Assembly: GCA_002299135.1 (NCBI GenBank)
Contig: DBNM01000122.1
Coordinates: forward strand, 1 to 55,277
Direction of reading: 5' to 3'
Source of the DNA: Candidatus Neomicrothrix sp. UBA672
GTDB lineage: Bacteria; Actinomycetota; Acidimicrobiia; Acidimicrobiales; MedAcidi-G1
DNA: 55,277 bases
The first letter of the stretch is position 1, and each line of letters starts with the position of its first letter. The notes under the pieces are model-generated. The model was not told where the DNA came from, made no database searches, and worked only from the letters and a program-made list of their open reading frames with translations. A program made the translations under genes and the position numbers. Of this stretch, positions 53,538 to 55,277 are shown in pieces.

Positions 53538-54644
53538 ATGAGAAATTTGAAACGTTTTAGGTATTTAGCTGTTCTACTTACCTTAGCTTTAGCAGTTTCT
53601 TCGTGTGGAAGCGACAGTGATGAAGCCGCTGCAGCAGATTGCGAATTGAATCAAGTAGATGGCGATTTGGCTTTGTATAACTGGGCTGAATACATCGATG
53701 AAGAACAACTAGCTGAGTTCGCAACAGAATATGGTATCAGCGCAACCATGGATGTTTATGATTCTAATGAAGCGATGCAACCAATCATTTCTGCAGGTAA
53801 TTCTGGTTATGACGTTATTGTGCCGTCTGACTACATGGTTTCTATTCTTATCGCAGATAAAAAGGTCCAGAAACTGAATTCTGACGCTATTCCGAATGCT
53901 AAAAACATCTCAGCTGATTTTAGTGGTTTGTATTATGACCCTTCTGGCGAATACACAGTTCCATATCAGTGGGGTACTACCGGTATAGGAGTTAATACGA
54001 CAGTTGTTGGAAAAGATTTCCCACGTTCTTGGGGATTGATTTTTGATCCGAGCATTTCGGGCGCTTTCGATGGGAAGATCCAGTTGTTAAATGACCCACG
54101 TGAGACGATGGGAGCGGCGCTTAAGTATCTTGGTTATTCACTAAACACGACAGATAAGGGTGAATTGGACAAGGCAAAGGATTTGGTCGCGTCAACCGCT
54201 GACAGGCTGGCCGCTTTTAATACAGATTCTGCAGATGAATTCCTAACCAGTGGAGAAACTGTAATTGGACACGGATATTCAGGTGACATGTTCGTTCAAT
54301 TCCTGGAGACCGATAATCCTGAGGATTACGTTTATTTTGTTCCTGAGGAAGGTGGAACAAGGTGGATAGACAATATGGGAATTCCTTTTGATGCCCCACA
54401 CCCATGCACCGCACATACCTTCATTAACTGGCTACTTGGTGCAGACCAAGGAGCTGCTCTTTCCAATTGGAACTACTATGGAACCCCTAATGATGCTGCT
54501 GTAGCAGGGCTTGATGAAGATCTACTTGATTTCGTCAATGATCCTGAATTGTTAGCAGGTGGTGTTGATTCACTTGAAGAGATTGAGGATACAGGTGATT
54601 TTGAAATCAATTATGCTGACGCTTTCGTAGAAGCTAAAGGCTGA
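53538..54644 (+). CDS. potD: Polyamine ABC transporter substrate-binding lipoprotein
   Basis: Lipobox AVSSC; YNWAEY, YDSNE, YDVIVPSDY, VPYQWGTTG, YSGD and WIDN motifs. Confidence 0.92.
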   Translation: MRNLKRFRYLAVLLTLALAVSSCGSDSDEAAAADCELNQVDGDLALYNWAEYIDEEQLAEFATEYGISATMDVYDSNEAMQPIISAGNSGYDVIVPSDYMVSILIADKKVQKLNSDAIPNAKNISADFSGLYYDPSGEYTVPYQWGTTGIGVNTTVVGKDFPRSWGLIFDPSISGAFDGKIQLLNDPRETMGAALKYLGYSLNTTDKGELDKAKDLVASTADRLAAFNTDSADEFLTSGETVIGHGYSGDMFVQFLETDNPEDYVYFVPEEGGTRWIDNMGIPFDAPHPCTAHTFINWLLGADQGAALSNWNYYGTPNDAAVAGLDEDLLDFVNDPELLAGGVDSLEEIEDTGDFEINYADAFVEAKG

Positions 54645-54653
54645 TTCGAGTAT

Positions 54654-54696
54654 TTAAAAAAAGTGGGACCTCTTTATTGGGGTCCCACTTTTTTAA
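54654..54696. terminator. Bidirectional intrinsic terminator
   Basis: AAAAAAGTGGGACC...GGTCCCACTTTTTT hairpin with an A tract on the left and a T tract on the right, between convergent genes. Confidence 0.9.
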
Positions 54697-54722
54697 TTTA
54701 TATTGCAGATATTAGAAAAGCT

Positions 54723-55277
54723 TTATTTCAATACCTCAGCCATTGTGTCGATAACTTGACCTATTTCGTTGTCACTAATAGTTAGTGGAGGGCAAATTGC
54801 GAGTCCAGTGTTTAGGGGTCTTAAAATAACTCCCTTGGAGCGGATTTCATTTCTGATTTGCGTAGGGTCCTGTTCAATCTCGACTGCGTATACAGCACCA
54901 GTTCCACGCCAAGAGTCAATGAGGCTATCTGATCGTAATGATTCCAAACCGTTTCGGATCTGCTCTCCAACATGGTTAGCTCGCTCAACCAAAGTTTCAC
55001 GTTCCATCAATTCCAAATTCGCAATACCAGCTGCACAAGACGTTGGATGACCAGAATATGTATAGCCAGTCCTGAGAACGAAATCAGGTTCTTCAAGGGT
55101 GTCACAAACATTTCTAGAAATAATTACACCGGATAGAGGTAGATACCCAGAGGTAACACCTTTCGCAAAAGTCATTAAATCAGGAGTTACTCCAAAATGT
55201 TGAGCTCCAAACCATTTCCCTGTCCGACCAAACCCGCAAATAACTTCATCAAAAATAAGCAAAGCACCGTTATCATC
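54723..55277 (-). CDS. Class III aminotransferase, 3' part (5' end beyond the window)
   Basis: IFDEVICGFGRTG, TFAKGVTSGY, GYTYSGHP and ICPPL motifs; paralogue of 46700-47929. Confidence 0.9.
   Translation of the reverse strand, partial: DDNGALLIFDEVICGFGRTGKWFGAQHFGVTPDLMTFAKGVTSGYLPLSGVIISRNVCDTLEEPDFVLRTGYTYSGHPTSCAAGIANLELMERETLVERANHVGEQIRNGLESLRSDSLIDSWRGTGAVYAVEIEQDPTQIRNEIRSKGVILRPLNTGLAICPPLTISDNEIGQVIDTMAEVLK

Overview
A gene-dense chromosomal window, about 42-47% GC by spot counts, with actinobacterial gene content. A streamlined marine Acidimicrobiia-like organism is my inference from the zincin/moaE/YlbL/UPF0182/tRNA-fMet locus, leaderless promoters and very short or overlapping intergenic regions. 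Left to right it holds: (1) a conserved actinobacterial block with a stand-alone mreB; (2) two SDRs, tRNA-fMet and three small enzymes; (3) ald and a methylated-amine cluster (non-pyrrolysine MttB, two FAD/GcvT dehydrogenases, a divergent Rieske oxygenase); (4) acoABXC; (5) a nucleoside-catabolism cluster (psuG, punA, phosphosugar mutase, deoC, two ALDH genes, deoA, cdd); (6) ctaA, an alkyl sulfatase and an acyl-CoA dehydrogenase; (7) a degenerate vapBC-like pair running into an epoxide hydrolase, then an APC permease with EIIA-like and RCK_C tails and a PhyH dioxygenase; (8) a polyamine locus. I saw no integrase, transposase, prophage or CRISPR array. The best candidate for an undescribed system is the coupled operon aminotransferase III - C45 Ntn-hydrolase - YkwB-like GNAT - agmatinase - potABCD, with a divergent PuuB-like oxidase. 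It looks like polyamine catabolism using an N-acyl protecting group instead of gamma-glutamylation. The second candidate is an apparently domesticated toxin-antitoxin pair: altered PIN active site, antitoxin lacking its usual tail, intact operator. All functional calls come from motif recognition only; no searches were run.
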